Below, in pieces: positions 1-14,238 of a stretch of 64,000 nucleotides of DNA. Numbering within the stretch: the first letter of the stretch is position 1; every line of letters starts with the position of its first letter. This DNA is from Balanoglossus misakiensis. Taxonomy: Eukaryota; Animalia; Hemichordata. The stretch spans positions 12,047,096 through 12,111,095 of the forward strand of contig CM082594.2 in assembly GCA_040954595.2 (NCBI GenBank). The letters run 5' to 3'. The notes beneath the pieces are model-generated. The model was not told the origin of the DNA. It was given only the letters and a program-made list of their open reading frames with translations, and made no database searches. The position numbers and the translations under genes are program-made.

Positions 1-1236
1 TACTTCCTACATATATATTAATATGCAAAACAGAAATATATGTAAATTACCACGCTTACCATGATTTTGTTTGCAGATGCAAGACACATAAAGTGCAGTG
101 AAAATCACGCTCACTTTATATGTTGCAATTATGTTTGGATAATGATTTCAGGTCTGCGTCTGAAAGGTGTTATCCCTGACACCAAAAGATCTGTGTGAGT
201 GTAATTTTCTGATCTGGGTGATTCTACTTTGCACATATATAAGCCTACGCATCGGTCACAGTTAGATGACGAAATATCCCAGTTTACGAGAAATCGGCCA
301 ACGATTGCAATTCAATCAAGCAATGATGGCTCCTTGACAGCAAAATAACGTGAGCGATGATACCGTTGGCAATATCAATGACCTGCGGGAGTAATTACAC
401 ACAGAGATGTGTTTCAACAGTAATGCGTCAATCCTGCCTGTTCACCAGAGAGATTTAAGGTCCATCGTATTCTTGTAATTTTAGAACAGGGCCGGGTTAA
501 TATGCAATAAACTTAGAGATATGCCGGTAAAAGGCAATTTCCCGAGTTTAATAAGTGATGTACAGGCCGCTGTATCGTTTTTCTGGTGGTAAAGAGCATA
601 CTGTGTTTACTGGATGGAATGAAGTGTTAGGTGAGACACAGTTTGTCGAGATAGTTCGATTTTGTCGTAATCTATACGTGTCAAGGGAAGTTTTACGACA
701 CATGCTGAAACGCCGTGGTGAATACGTGATGAGAGGATTGACCTTTCGACGTTCAGTGGGGAGCCTTTGTGATTCCCATTTTTAATAATCTTATTATGAT
801 CATCAGATTTGATTTGGTTCGTTCATCAACTAAATGTGTACGGTGCGGTGATATGGAAGCCGATCAATTTCTTTGGCACAGATAGGACATTAGGTTGTCA
901 GCATGTAAAGTCTCTTGGGAATACTATGTGAGTCAGGCATATACCGATGCATCCTCATACTGTAGCCCAGGCTTAAATCTCTCCATTAAGTTTACAATTT
1001 CACGTACGGATTCTAAATATAGAACCCGTATAGTGAGGTTACATAGGGCAGAAACGTTATCCGTTTTCAATAAATACAACACTGCGTTGGACAACAGAGG
1101 CAAACAAACAGGTTATTCATTAGATTGCTTCAGATTCTACTTGTGTAGGACTGAAAGATGCAACTTTTTGAGGCACTCTACACAATAATCAAAATGATTG
1201 AATTGTGGATACTTCGAATTACCAAAGAAAGTTCGT

Positions 1237-1520
1237 TTAAGCAATAACCCCTGCCACAGGCGGGTATACGCGAGATTTGGGTACAATTCGAGACATATAG
1301 CACGAGCCGTCAGGTGAGTGCTATGTGGAGCGAATTGTACCCAAATCGAGTGTATACCCGACTGAGGCGGGGGTTATTGCTATTATATTATCAACAATTG
1401 CATGCTAGTTCAGGGGCCCGTTTTAGCACTGCCAGCAGTGCTATATGACTATTTTAGCATCGCTATATTGAGCTCTCGTCCAATCAGAATTGCGGACGGT
1501 AGCATGATATAATATAATTT
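1237..1520. mobile_element. Palindromic non-autonomous repeat (possibly CryptonV-like)
   Basis: Imperfect ~140-bp hairpin 1240-1381 (AGCAATAACCCC...GATTTGGGTACAATTCG / CGAATTGTACCCAAATC...GGGGTTATTGCT) followed by a CCAATCAG-containing tail. Family assignment rests on recalled architecture only. Confidence 0.5.
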
Positions 1521-2721
1521 ATAATAGCGACTGGTCGTTAAATATAATCAAGAAGACTATAGCTGTATGACTTCAATTTAAGTCTTTGGAGATAGATTCT
1601 TTGACATTTAACCGGCCAAGAGAAACAGATCTTTGGTCTATGTTTTAAACTATTTTATTTGAACTCAACTTCGCAAATTGAAGGTTTTAGAGTGTTGAAG
1701 AGATTACCTGCTGTACTGATTTAAGTATCATTAATCTTTATCTGACCCATTTCTTGTTTCGAATTTGTAACCAACCCCGGTTGATAATTATTGAGCCTGC
1801 AATCAGCCTGTATGCTTTAGATCCACAAAGAATCTGTTAGAATGGTTTGACATGATCTCAATTTCATTGCTGAATGACTACTTGATCAAGCCTGCCTACA
1901 ATGACGCTTTGACAAGCACCAATCCTAAAAGTGGAACAAGTCAGACAGAATGGAATGATTTAGATAAAACTCATTGGGACTAGTTGACGTCAGCTACAGA
2001 CATCTTGGCAACATGAGTGTTTGGTCGTAGAATGGAGTACCCTTTTACAGATTGAAATGAGAATGGTTTGACTAGGGCAGCATTCATTTGCTGTCTTCAA
2101 CAGTATGTCAATTTTCCATTACGCGCAGTGATAGCAGAGCTATTTTTTAAATGATTAAATCTTGCAGAGATTTCTGAAACCAACAAGTATTTAAGTGGAG
2201 GACAAAATTTCACCATCATTAAGCCCATAGTCAAATGGTGGCCTCAAATTGCATGGCAACGTCACATAATGCATAGAGCAGCAAATGTTTGTCATAAAGT
2301 GCTGGTGCACTCATATGTATTAGATATCGTATAATAAGTCATTGGACTTGCAAATATAAGCAAATATCAATACTCCTGTTGCTTATGGAAGCTATTGTAT
2401 ATTTCAAACATAAAATTTGTTAAAATTGGATCTTTTACTGCTAGCAGGTGAAACCCCATTCATATGTGTGTGAAGTTCCTGATCTGTGCAAAGACTGTTT
2501 ATCTGTGCCCTTGATCAATCGTATATCATATTGTAACTGATAGAAATGTTATCGTAACAGGGCTGCATCTCTTAGCATTTTGTAATGTTCATTAAAGGAT
2601 CGGCCAATCACTAAGAAGAGTCCCTAAAAACCAAAATTACAAGATTTTAAGTATGACTTTTGGTAGTCATACAAGTTTCTATAACACACCTTACAACTTA
2701 AGATAGGCCTGTAACACATAC

Positions 2722-2806
2722 CTGTACATAACGACGATAATTCCTACAAAACTCACAACTAATCCGGCAAACACTGATGCAACTATATAAATGGGGTTGG
2801 TAGGTT
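2722..2806 (-). CDS. Exon 6 of the ANP-receptor-like gene (transmembrane helix)
   Basis: TACAG acceptor, GTATGT donor (phase 2); EPTNPIYIVASVFAGLVVSFVGIIVVMYR is a single TM helix followed by YR. Downstream kinase-homology/cyclase exons were not recognised in 1-2721. Confidence 0.85.
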
Positions 2807-3044
2807 CTGTAACATCAAAGGTAATTATTAAAAGTATGATATATGTTGATGTACAATGCAGATGTACAAGTGGCAAACAACTTTTACAAACACCTGACTA
2901 CCGAAGACTTGCAGATATTACTAAAGATTATCTGTCTCTATTTCATAGGGTTCGAACTTCAAACGTAAAACACCAATGGTACTCTTCACAATAAATTAAC
3001 AACCAATAAAGCTCTTAATGCAAGAATGTTATTATAACCCTTAC

Positions 3045-3183
3045 CCTTTTGGGGGCAGTGCTCATTGAAGAATCCACAAATAGGTTCATCCCGAGGAGGT
3101 CCAGTTAATCCTCCTGGCCAGTGGATAGTACGGCCAGGCACTTCTTGATAAGTCTTGCTGTGGCCAAAGTAGTGTGCTACCAC
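3045..3183 (-). CDS. Exon 5 of the ANP-receptor-like gene (juxtamembrane ectodomain)
   Basis: CAG acceptor, GTAAG donor; VVAHYFGHSKTYQEVPGRTIHWPGGLTGPPRDEPICGFFNEHCPQK has the hallmark W P G..PP.D.P.CGF....C motif. Confidence 0.92.
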
Positions 3184-3806
3184 CTGACAGACATAATAAG
3201 TAATGTGTGGTTGGTTCAGGTGTATTGATTAGAGTAAGAGTTTTGCTTTTCTTTTCCATGCTATAAAATGTCAAAGGGCAACTTTTTCTGCGACACAACC
3301 GATCTGACTTTGTATCGCCATGGCTATTTTGTTACACTAAAAGCCAACACTTAAATTACAGAAAGAAACAAATAGAAAATGCAAGAAAATTACACGAGTT
3401 GACTACCGGTATAGTATAGAACATCAAAACACAAGACATACAAATTGAATGGTTGATGTGTGCAGCCAATTTCCCCTGGCCTTATTTTACATGTCTGAAC
3501 GTCTTCTTGTCCAGACAGTTCAGTGTATAGGAGTTAGGATAGCATTCAAATGCCCAAGTGGAACCAACAGGAAATAATCCTGACCAAACCAACCAATTTT
3601 GCAGAATACAGAAATATTAGTTAATACACATGTACATGCACACAATACCATTTCGGGTTTTAAATGAATTCCAAGTTCCACCACATTCAGCGTGAAAAGG
3701 GTTCAAACCTGAAAGAGTTGCACTCATGTATTGCAACCTCGAAAGATTAGTTTCTACACTAAGAGTCCTTATCTTTTATTTTAAATATATTACTTATCAT
3801 AATTAC

Positions 3807-3901
3807 CTGAAATGTCCCGTTTTCAGGGTCTGTCATATCATACATCATGAAATCAGCATCCCTATCACCATTCATATCAATAGTAATGTTCCCTTGGATT
3901 C
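3807..3901 (-). CDS. Exon 4 of the ANP-receptor-like gene (not in the ORF track)
   Basis: CACAG acceptor, GTAATT donor; GIQGNITIDMNGDRDADFMMYDMTDPENGTFQ contains the conserved G.....ID.NGDR..DF motif; phases fit exons 3 and 5. Confidence 0.92.
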
Positions 3902-4508
3902 CTGTGGATATATATCTAGAATTAGCATATCACAAAACGTTTATCAGTACATGAACTCTGATACCATTATCGTAAATATTGAAGATTTTCATCGCATGCT
4001 TATTTCAGTATTCTTTGGTTTCAGTGCCATTTAAGTCTTGTTTCTTGTCGGCCACTAAAATAAAGTGATATGTCGCTCTGGCAGGGAAGGACATAAAACA
4101 AAAGCAGAATTAGAAAAAAATATATTTTAACCACATTCAGTTTGTAATCATATTAAGTATTCATTTTTAATAGAAGTACAGGAACAGATATTACATTGTA
4201 TCTCAATATGGACGTTTATCGATATATTTGATTAAATTTAAAGACAAACTACTACATATATATTCAACCTGATTTTGTGGAAATGCAATTGTCTTCCAGT
4301 AAATTTACAAGAAGACATGCAATTTTGTATCACAAATACTTTCCAATAATTTTCGTGGAGTCAAATGCTATTGAAGTTTACATGTGTGTGTCATGTAAAC
4401 TTTGCCATCTTACAAAAATAGACTAGAGTAGCCTGAAAATCTGTACATTTGTATGGAAATGAGTAACATCATCTGTTTTGCATAATTTGTGAGGCAAACG
4501 CCACTGAC

Positions 4509-4644
4509 CTTGAAAAGTTCGCCCATAAAGTCTTTTGACAAGCAATTTTCCGTCATACGGGTCACCGCCTTCTGCTAATGTTTCATTAAGTGCTGTAGCG
4601 TATAGGATTACTGTGTCGTGCGCCATGCCGGCCAGTACAGAGAC
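4509..4644 (-). CDS. Exon 3 of the ANP-receptor-like gene
   Basis: CAG acceptor, GTCAGT donor; VSVLAGMAHDTVILYATALNETLAEGGDPYDGKLLVKRLYGRTFQG matches the NPR 'FHD..LLY..A..ETL..GG...DG......RSFQG' segment. Confidence 0.92.
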
Positions 4645-5731
4645 CTGTATGTCAAAACACACGCATGACTCAATTAAGGAGCATTTAAACATGATTGGAA
4701 AAACAACCTCTTTGCGAAATATCAAGCATGTCCGAGTCCCAAGAGGCGGTCGAATGTGCTGCAGGGTTCCTGCTCACAGAAACAGCTCTAATGTATTTAA
4801 CAGTGGAATTTAGCTTTTGGCTATATTATGTGTGATTGTATCTAGAAATAAGAGATTTTCAGTTCGTTGAGCAATAATCGACCTTAGAAACATACACACA
4901 ATGCCAAAATAGTCAATTCGCATTTATGTAACTATGTTGTTGTTTTTTTTTGCTAAAGGTTATATTATCTAAAGGATACAGTGCAGGAAGGGATTGGAGA
5001 CATTGCTGTTATTGTTAAGCATGCCGCTAAATGCCAAATCACTCTGACACGTGTTTGTCATCTTGATGTTATATAGTGCGTGAGTAGCCAGGCAACAAAA
5101 TTTAAAGATTGCTCTATGAGCCAAAAACACTTTTCCCTAGTGAACACAACCTGAGGAGTGTAGCATACAGTATGCAACACAAACAGTAATATTTACATGA
5201 ATATAATAACTCAGACTTATGTAGAAATTTTGAACATGGAAATCTTTAGAAAAGAAGCAGTAAAGCTTATACAACATACTGTAATACTATTTCTATGGTT
5301 CTGCGGCCAAAGCCATCTTCATTAAAACATCATTACGGTTTTCGAATTAATAATCGTGTTCCTTGTGTACACGTGCTCACGATTCCCAAATTTGATGACG
5401 TAAACACTGTGTTCTGGTTTTCACTTCTTTGTAATACAAGTTCTTGTTAGAAATTGCTACAGTCAGACATTGTCGACGCCAATCATCGATGCCATATGCT
5501 GCACTGAGATTTTTCTGTAATGTCGTTTTTGTGCACCGATCTGGGAAAGCCCGAGGCAAAATGTATTGACATTGTGCGAATTGTGCAACATATGTGGATC
5601 ACTGACTATTCAAAGAAAAAGAAATTAGAAAGATGTGTAGCCCAAGGTATTTTTGCATGTAACTACGCAAATGTAAACGCTTGGGTAAAATGCGTTCAGT
5701 GAAGTCTGTATGTGAAGGATATGAGTCTAAC

Positions 5732-6033
5732 CTCTTCGTCATCAGCATACTCGTATCCAAATTCTGTTTTGGATCGCTGGATCATTTCCTCCTCGAAATC
5801 GTGGAACTCGTAGGTTTCTGGACGGTAAAATGACAAAATAAACAGGGCCTCGTAGGCTGTCTTGGCGTCCTTATTTCGTCCATCTGAGCCGACCCAGGAG
5901 AAATCACCAAATGTCCTCTTCAGTTTAAAGAACTCGATGCAGAAGAAGACAAAGTCGCCGTTGATGAGACCAAGATCGTACGCACCTAGCATGAATTTGC
6001 GAACGTTTTCGCCTCTCGCTGAGATGAATATTA
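5732..6033 (-). CDS. Exon 2 of the ANP-receptor-like gene
   Basis: TTGACAG acceptor; phase-1 join gives ARIIFISARGENVRKFMLGAYDLGLINGDFVFF...AKTAYEALFILSFYRPE...DDEE; GTTAG donor (phase 0). Resembles the NPR ectodomain segment. Confidence 0.9.
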
Positions 6034-9000
6034 CTGTCAATGGAATGAAGAAATAGCTTGAAATTAAAGAAGTTCTCAAAATTGATCGTATCTCTACACA
6101 TACGTTTACTTACAATAAACAAATGCTACTTTGATTTCCTTCTGTTTCTGGACTTCAAATATAATTAGATTTCTCAATTTAAAAAAAATTACTGATTGAA
6201 ACGGAAACTAAAGAGTGTGTGTCTGAGAAACTCATTCGTGTCAGAAAATCACAAGAGATTCTTTCACTTGTCTCTCAGATAATTATCGCTTAAGGCAGCA
6301 ACGGTTCAGATCGTTAGGGTTTCATTTTATTAGACATAAAGTTTCTAATCTCGAAGTGCTAATGGCGGTGAGTGACCACAGAATCCAAATACCCTTTTCA
6401 AAATTGTCCCAAGACTATTTTAGGGAATGGCGTTATCAAATCAGTGGTGCATACTAATAATTATTCCAATTAAGCTGAATGTCGTTTTAATGTAAAATAT
6501 TTTAGTGTCATACGTGGCACTAAAATTGCATGTTAACTGCATTCTTAACCTGTACGAGTATACTTATAGTGTACTAATGCTTTACACCTGACGTCATAGA
6601 GTTTGAAGAAATTCATCAAGGTAGAGCCAATGTCAAAAATCTTTGCAATGAAAACTGTAGACCTGACAACACAAACATGTAGGTAGTAGCTGCTCGTTTT
6701 TGGAATGAACTCAATTTCCTGAGTTGGCATACATGCGCAGAACTGGATGGATTAGTGCGTTTTGCCTTAGTCCATACTATTGTTGTTTTCTCTTGTTTTC
6801 TCTACTTTTAAAAGAACATGCTCTTCTGTGACCTTTTATTATCAAGGGATCTCTTCCCGACAGAGAGAAAAAAGAACGTAAAATCACTCATTATTAATGT
6901 TAGTAAAACCTAGCAGAGATATCCAATGATAGTCTCAAAGAGCCAATAGCTGGTGAACGAAAAAATGGGGGATGCAAAAAAAAAAACCCTCTGAAAATGT
7001 CCCCTTGTTCAACAAGTCCTTGTGTTTTCCAGTGCCTTTCAAGTCAACGCAGTTTCTGTCATCCATGAGCTGAGCAGTGTGCCAAGGGGCCCTTTACATG
7101 TTTACTTTTAGTAGCCTTATAACCATGCTAGGAGCTCTGGACTTCTATCGCATGTATTAAATAATGTAATTGCAGGAGATTTGATGAACATTTGCTGAAA
7201 CTTTTTTTTACTATATCTGTGCATATTTGCATATCCGCGACGTCACTGGCTAACAACGCCAAAAAAACATCCCATGCTGGTCGAGTTGTATGGTCCTATA
7301 TCTTTCTCATTTAAAGAAAATCAACAAAACTTCGCATTTCCGTTGATTGTGGCAATTCTAACTACCGTTGCCTAGCAATTTGAATAGTTAATTATAATGT
7401 ATTAAGTTCAATCTGTGAGCATCTGAATGTTTTTTAATTTCATGTACACATTTATTGTCAGCTGGTGTAAATTTTATCTCTTTCACCACTTCTCTAAATT
7501 TTCTCTAGTATTAGGAGAATGTTTTGTCTTGAGCAAAGAAACAAAGCCCCCGCTATCTTGGTCGTCGCGGCACGTGGGTGTCCCCCTGATGAGAATATGT
7601 CCACCCATACCAAAACCCCACTGCATTCGCCACGACCTAATAGGATCTTCAGTTGCTGTCATGCCTTGTCTACGCTACGGTGGGCTGCTTCTTTCCTCCT
7701 AAAATTATCTAATTTCAGGGATTTGTGGGTGAAGTTTATCAACAAACAAACGCGATGCTACGACCACTTCCCTTTAAATGCTGCGATGTCACATGATTAT
7801 ATGCTGGAAAACTAAAGTACAGTCAGTGATCGCCAAGAAATATGTATATACCTAAGGTTATTCGCAAAATTTGATGAGATGAGGGCAGAGTGTCTGATTG
7901 CGCCATTTATGTGAAACTTCAGCAATTTCCCAGCTCCGTTACTCGTTATGCTTGCTAAGTGAACCCTGAAAATAAGATCATTTTCAATAATGAAATGCGT
8001 GCTCATTCATTTCTCAGTGTCGTTATTTTCCTATGAACAAATAAAATCGCTCAACCGTGGAAAACTATACCTTCCGTCAGGAGAAAAGAGCGAATGTATA
8101 GCCACTACTCTTAAGGCAGAATGCCAGCAAGGAGTTATTCGAATCCTTTTTATTATATTGTCCCTGCCTCTGATATTTATCTAAAAGAGTTGAATTCAAT
8201 TCTGCGATGTCTTTCAAACCCAGTGTACAATAATTTCACCACCCCCCCCCCCTTATGCACTTGTGAATTTTTAAATTGCCTTTACCCAGAAATGAAATGG
8301 AAGTAATTATACACTTATTTAACATTAATACTAGTCTGTGCCCCTTTTAGCAGATAGTGACTTTCAAGTTTTCGAGGTGCGATCATCGTCGATCCCACTT
8401 TTGTATGAGATATCTACCAATAAATGTAAACACTGGCATCGCCACAGCACGCCGTTCGTGTGGTGATAAATTGTTATGGTTGATGGGAACACAGAGGGAA
8501 GACCGTCTGTTGTACAACACCATCCTTAAGACGAGTTAAATGGAACGACATATACGCATCATTGCAAAGAGCTTATTAATTGACATGTCCTTAGGATAGC
8601 ATCAAGTCATATTCAGAAATATGCCTTGTTTTATCTTGACTTCAGGTGGTTGTGACAGCCATGATTTGAGTGGGTGTGTGAACGGCACTTCCTCTTTTCT
8701 TTGGCGCCAACTGTCTACATGTTACATGTAGAAAACACCAAAGTTTACACCTTGAAAATAGAAGCCGGTCAGTAAAACCGTAATGAAAAGTTTTTTTTTT
8801 TCTTATAATGCATAATCAGAAGCGAATAAGTTCAGCGCTTGTCTATACTTCAGAACTGTCATTAAGATGATGCTGTTGCTAACATGTCGTCAAACCTCTT
8901 GTTCAGTGTTGTTAATGGATATCGCAATCTGTATGGAAAGAGGTCATGACAGGAAGTGTTTTACATGTATTCTATTCGAGTCCTAATATGACACGCCAGT

Positions 9001-12000
9001 TGAGTTCATTCAAAATAAACGTCACGTTTGAGGATACCCTTTCCAGAAAGCTCTCAAAGTCCCCTTGCCAATTTCTATAGTGGTTTGAAAGTCAGTATAT
9101 ACTTGTATTTGTGTAAGGTTGTTAGATGGACAGGTAAATACATAAGCAGTGGTTCACTTAGTACATAATTCGCTGCCAGGGTGCCCTTCTTCACTTATGA
9201 ATATTCCGGTCACAAACTGTAACAATGGGGATGAATATATTACCATATTACTGACTCATTAGCTATGCTGAGTATAGCAACTGGGATCATGGAAAAAAGA
9301 TTTTGCCATGCATGATTTCGGGAGAGACTGATATTGTAGCCTGCGGGACACTTGGAGGAGAGCCTTCTACTGAACACTGAAGTAAAACCATAAGCTGTGT
9401 GATTCCACCAGAGAGGAAACCACAAGCAGTGCTATACCACCCGGACTTGTGCCTGAACCACATCATTCTACAGCCAATCTGCAGGCAAAGACTCTGACGT
9501 CGACTTGGAGAAAGAACTTGAGGTCACCAGTCATCACCCCACCATGTGGCATATTTAGTATCAGGTAAGAACATTGAAGCCACCAGTATTGTCGTTGTAC
9601 TGTCTTTTAATTTTTGTATTATTGTGTTTGTTTTGTTGTCGTGTGTAGTTCGACCTTTCTGTCTTCATGGGTATGGTAGGTTTTTCCACAACAACAAAGA
9701 TTCCGGTTTTAAAGCAAGCAGGTGGATCGAGGTTGAGGTTACTGGGGTGCTTGTAAGGAAACGACCGCTTGGTTGTCAAAATAAACGTAAGATAGATAAA
9801 TCAACACTCTATCTGAAACTGCATCCACATTGTGATGAAACAATGCACACATTATCGGGAAGGGCATAATATAAGGCAAGCATTCATTATCAGATTTACA
9901 CCAATATCTGTTAGGAAGGATGCAATCTAGAATTGTTTGAAAACAATCTGCCCCTGTTTTTCATTAAACTTGCTGCCATCTGTTGTTGATAGCCCATCAT
10001 GTTCTTTGACTTCCAACTTTTGCTATGTGATTTACATATTTTTCTATTTGGTGTGTCAAATAGTACTAAATTTATAGGCATACAGAAGTGCATTAATACT
10101 CCTGCATATAAAACTTGCAACTTTTTCAATTTTTGTCATGTTATTTCAGTCGTCTCGTTGCAGAGAACTCGTTAACCTTAGTGATCCAACACCAATCATT
10201 TTTTTCCGTCGGCTATTAAGATCTCGTTTTACATCGACAAGGAAGCGGTATTAATTTCATGGATGACAAATGATCACGTCTTGCATTTTCAAGTAACTCG
10301 ATGTTTTTTGACAAACTCATATCAGCAGTTTCTTGACGTGCTCAAATGAGACATAGGTATAATAGCTAACGACATACTTATATCAATGCTTTCCATTGAC
10401 GAAACAGTGGTACTGCCACAAATTGCATGATTATGTTTTGCGATTAGTAATGAATTTCGGAAAAAGAGTTGTCAAGGGGAAATATGTGCCAGCACATCAA
10501 TATGCATAATTATTAAATAGTGTTTTTAATGAGGAACCAACCTCGAAACGACAGCAGTCGATGGCGTTGTTGATTGCTTTGCACATTCCAGAGATTAACC
10601 GTAGTGAAAATTCAGTTTAACATGTCGGAAACTTATGCAAAACGCTGTGTGGTTTAATCACAGAGAAACGAAAAATTGTCAGTGTTAGCCCTATACTAAA
10701 AGACATCAACTAATTCTCTGTGGCTGCGACGTATACCGATGATAACTTTACAACCAGAACTCTCATTTGCCATATGGCTTCATGTAATTAAAAAAGAAGG
10801 ATTCTCTGATATGATTGATGCCCCCAAGCAAAACAGTAATTCTGTACTCAGAAATGAATGTATAATAAAACTGGATAAATTGGTAAATTAATGATTATTT
10901 CCCTGTGGTTACAGATATTGTTTCAGTCCTAAAATCGGGAAAAAGACCCCAAAAGTGCTCTAGGGAGATGAACATGCTCGTAATATTCGCTTAAGTTGTT
11001 AGCAAAAAACATGAAATAGCGGTGTCATTTACAATATGGTGATTTCAATAATTACATGCATCAAGCATTTTTTATCCATTTAAATTTTTATCTAACCAAT
11101 ACATTTCATGTTTTATATATCCGATAATCAAGTTGGGGACATTGAAGGCTGGCAAAGATTTACTGATGTAAAGATTTAATTGATGAGAATAATTTGTTGC
11201 CCCTTGAACACCATTAACAGAATCCTTCAAACATTTCTACTGGACAAAATGCAATGCAAATTTGGCGAAATCATAGGAACACCATGTACGCACAATGCGC
11301 ATAGGTAAAAGCGTTCAGACCCAACCAGCATAGGTGATTTCTTATCTTATAAGAGACAGCCAACTGCGAGTTACATATGGTTTTATCAACCTTTTATGTA
11401 TGAATGTCCGGCGCAAAAATATGAGTCTTACATTTGGTATCCATAAGCAATCAAACCCCATTCCTGATAATATAAAGTCTGCAACAATAAGCAGTTTTGA
11501 TTTTGCCCGTATGCCGGTAGAACGTGACAAAGCCAAAACCACGCATCCTTTTCTCATTGTTTTCTTGAAAAAACATATTGAACATAATCATGAAATGTTA
11601 TGCATCCTAAAAACGATGCCAATCACGTAATTTTACCCATCGAATTATGAAGAACCAATATTAAGCTTTCTGTGTGGATTCATTTGATTAAATTTGCCTG
11701 CGGCGATAAGGCATTACAACTTCACCTGGTAACTGCATTACGATATTAATTCAAAATCTACAAGCGAAAAACGTCTCGACTTAGAATAACCCCAGAAAAT
11801 AACTTTCGTCTTATTGTATTTCAGTTTAGCCCTTCAACTTGCTTTATCTTAGGGTGGAGATCAGCAAAATGTCAATCAGGCTGTTGTTTTGTGTCCGTCA
11901 TGATTCTAGATATTGTGAGCTTGTTTAGTTTTATGACAAGGGTTAAATTTCACTCTATTGACCTTTTATAATGGTCTGACCTTTGAACTATATCGATCAA

Positions 12001-13463
12001 ACTAAAGGGTATAGCAGTAACATTACAGCTATTGTCATCGTTAAATAGCTTGCTATGAAATATGAGTCAAATTACTAGACATTGAAATTAAATGTCTAGT
12101 AATTTGAATGGTTCCAAATGAGGAAACTTTTGAACCTAAAAAGCATCTTAAACCTATTGAGTCTACCCCTAACCCTCAAATATCTGAACACTTTGGTAAC
12201 CTTCCTCTAAAAGCTAGTAATCCCTAGCAAAAAGAAACACCCCCTGTTAATTCTGTTAAATCATTTGTTGGCATTCTTGAGTTTGTCTGTGTACTCGGTA
12301 AAATATACTCATGCGAGTATTCAGATGGATTATTGCTGAGAATATCGATGGTGTTCCAAAATATCACGTTGAGTAAAGTCTGATTTATCTCCACCATGCT
12401 TGGAGTGGAACATAGTATGCATTGTGCACATGGAGAAAGTGAGTTATGAAACTTTGATTTTCTGGAATAATCAACAATTGACTAAACCAACAAAATGTTG
12501 TACTGGCATGTAACAATTTCCCTAGTACAACCAATTATCGGCGCCCTAGTAAAACTAAGATTAAACGTACGGTGAAACGGGTACCACTTATATACATCAG
12601 GGTTTTTGTCTCCCAACTGCAAATACGTAAGTGTGGATTTTATTTTACTACCTCTGAAGTGATGAGCTGCATTACATGTAGATTCGATAACGAGGCTGTT
12701 GCAAGGACAACACAGGCAGGGTGAGGTATCTCACAGAATTACCTGTAACATGTATTTTCACTCAATCCTTGGACAATGGCTTATATGTGTGAGATATTTC
12801 ACGGATGGGAAACTAAATAAAATCTAACAAGCGCTCATTATCTGTCCCCTGGTGACTAACACAATCAGAGAAATTTCCGGTTATCCGCACAAGTGCGGCA
12901 AAATGTTAGAGGCGCCGTCATTACCATGGAAATGTAAAACGTCAGCTATTTCGTTGCCCTAGTACCTGTGGGACAAAATAGTATTAAACAACATGCAAAA
13001 TTGCACAAGTTGGAATCTATAGGGGAGACATGTTAGATCCAACAGTGAGTTATGAAACCCCACCAACTGCTTCTTTAATAGCAACATGTGCCTGTAGGTA
13101 CCATTAGCTTTATATTTAAAAAAACTAGTTGCCAATACCTTGTGGAAAATACTCTAATGCATAGCGATTAATCTCGTGAAAGTATACACCAGGTAATGAC
13201 TTTTATAGCATTGTATTTCACCATGTCTGCAGCTGCTGCAGCAATTTCTGGCACGATATTATCGTCTATAATGGTGGATTAATACCATTAAAGGCACGGT
13301 TAACTGATGCCTTTAAAACCACTTGAAACTAAAAGAAAACTGTCAAAAACAGATAAGATTAACACTTGTTTAATGGATGGAGCTTTTATTTAATTAATCG
13401 TGTATTTTGTTTAGTATCAATGCCCCTATTGTGGATTTTCGTAACCTAGTTTAGGCATAATCT

Positions 13464-13921
13464 TAGTCTCGGTTACCCAGACGCCTTTGCTTCTTCCGAT
13501 GCTCTCCAGAAAAGGGTCTGGGGAAATGCTATTGAAAGCTTTGTAAAACAAAATGGCCGATGTCAGGATTTTGATCATCGCCTGATTGGCTGAGCTCTCA
13601 GTATGACCCGGGTCATTGCAATAGTTTCGACAATCGTCTACCAAAGATATTTCATATAATTTCTCCAACAATGCTAACAGAGGACGCCTTTTGCCTTTCG
13701 CATCAACCAACAAGTACCAGTCTCTTGATATGAAGATACAACAAATAATCACACATTGTCGAGAGTCAGTGACCCGGGTCATACTGAGAGCTCAGCCAAT
13801 CAGGCGATGATCAAAATCCTGACATCGGCCATTTTGTTTTACAAAGCTTTCAATAGCATTTCCCCAGACCCTTTTCTGGAGAGCATCGGAAGAAGCAAAG
13901 GCGTCTGGGTAACCGAGACTA
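13464..13921. mobile_element. Young foldback/MITE-like DNA transposon, 152-bp TIRs, 9-bp TSD
   Basis: 13464-13615 is the reverse complement of 13770-13921; termini TAG...CTA; direct repeat GCATAATCT at 13455-13463 and 13922-13930. Lies in intron 1 of the receptor gene. Confidence 0.9.
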
Positions 13922-14238
13922 GCATAATCTTAGTTTTGAACTAAAACCATTTCATAGATCATTCGCTGAGGCATTGCCTTGAAACTTAAATCACAGAATA
14001 ATGATTTTATTGTGCGAAATAACCGAAAACAATGTTTTGGTCAATACAGCACTAACCTGACCATTTCATCAAGTGGTCGAACTTTTGCCAAAATTGATGG
14101 TTTGTGAAAACAAAGGCTCAAATTATAACGCATTTAATTACAATGTATTGCCGAATCAATGGCAGTATGAATATGCAAAGAATTACCTATGAGGAGATAC
14201 GTACAGTTAAATCGCAGAAAAAATTAAGACACACTTAC

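Noticed and set aside
2080-2170. WKID-like peptide on the minus strand as the next receptor exon
   Set aside because: In-frame stop immediately before it and no fitting acceptor.
6034-13450. Short ORFs and probable old repeat fragments in intron 1
   Set aside because: No recognisable domains, paired termini or TSDs could be established by eye.
13426-13944. Two opposite-strand ORFs with the same peptide
   Set aside because: By-product of the 152-bp inverted repeats.
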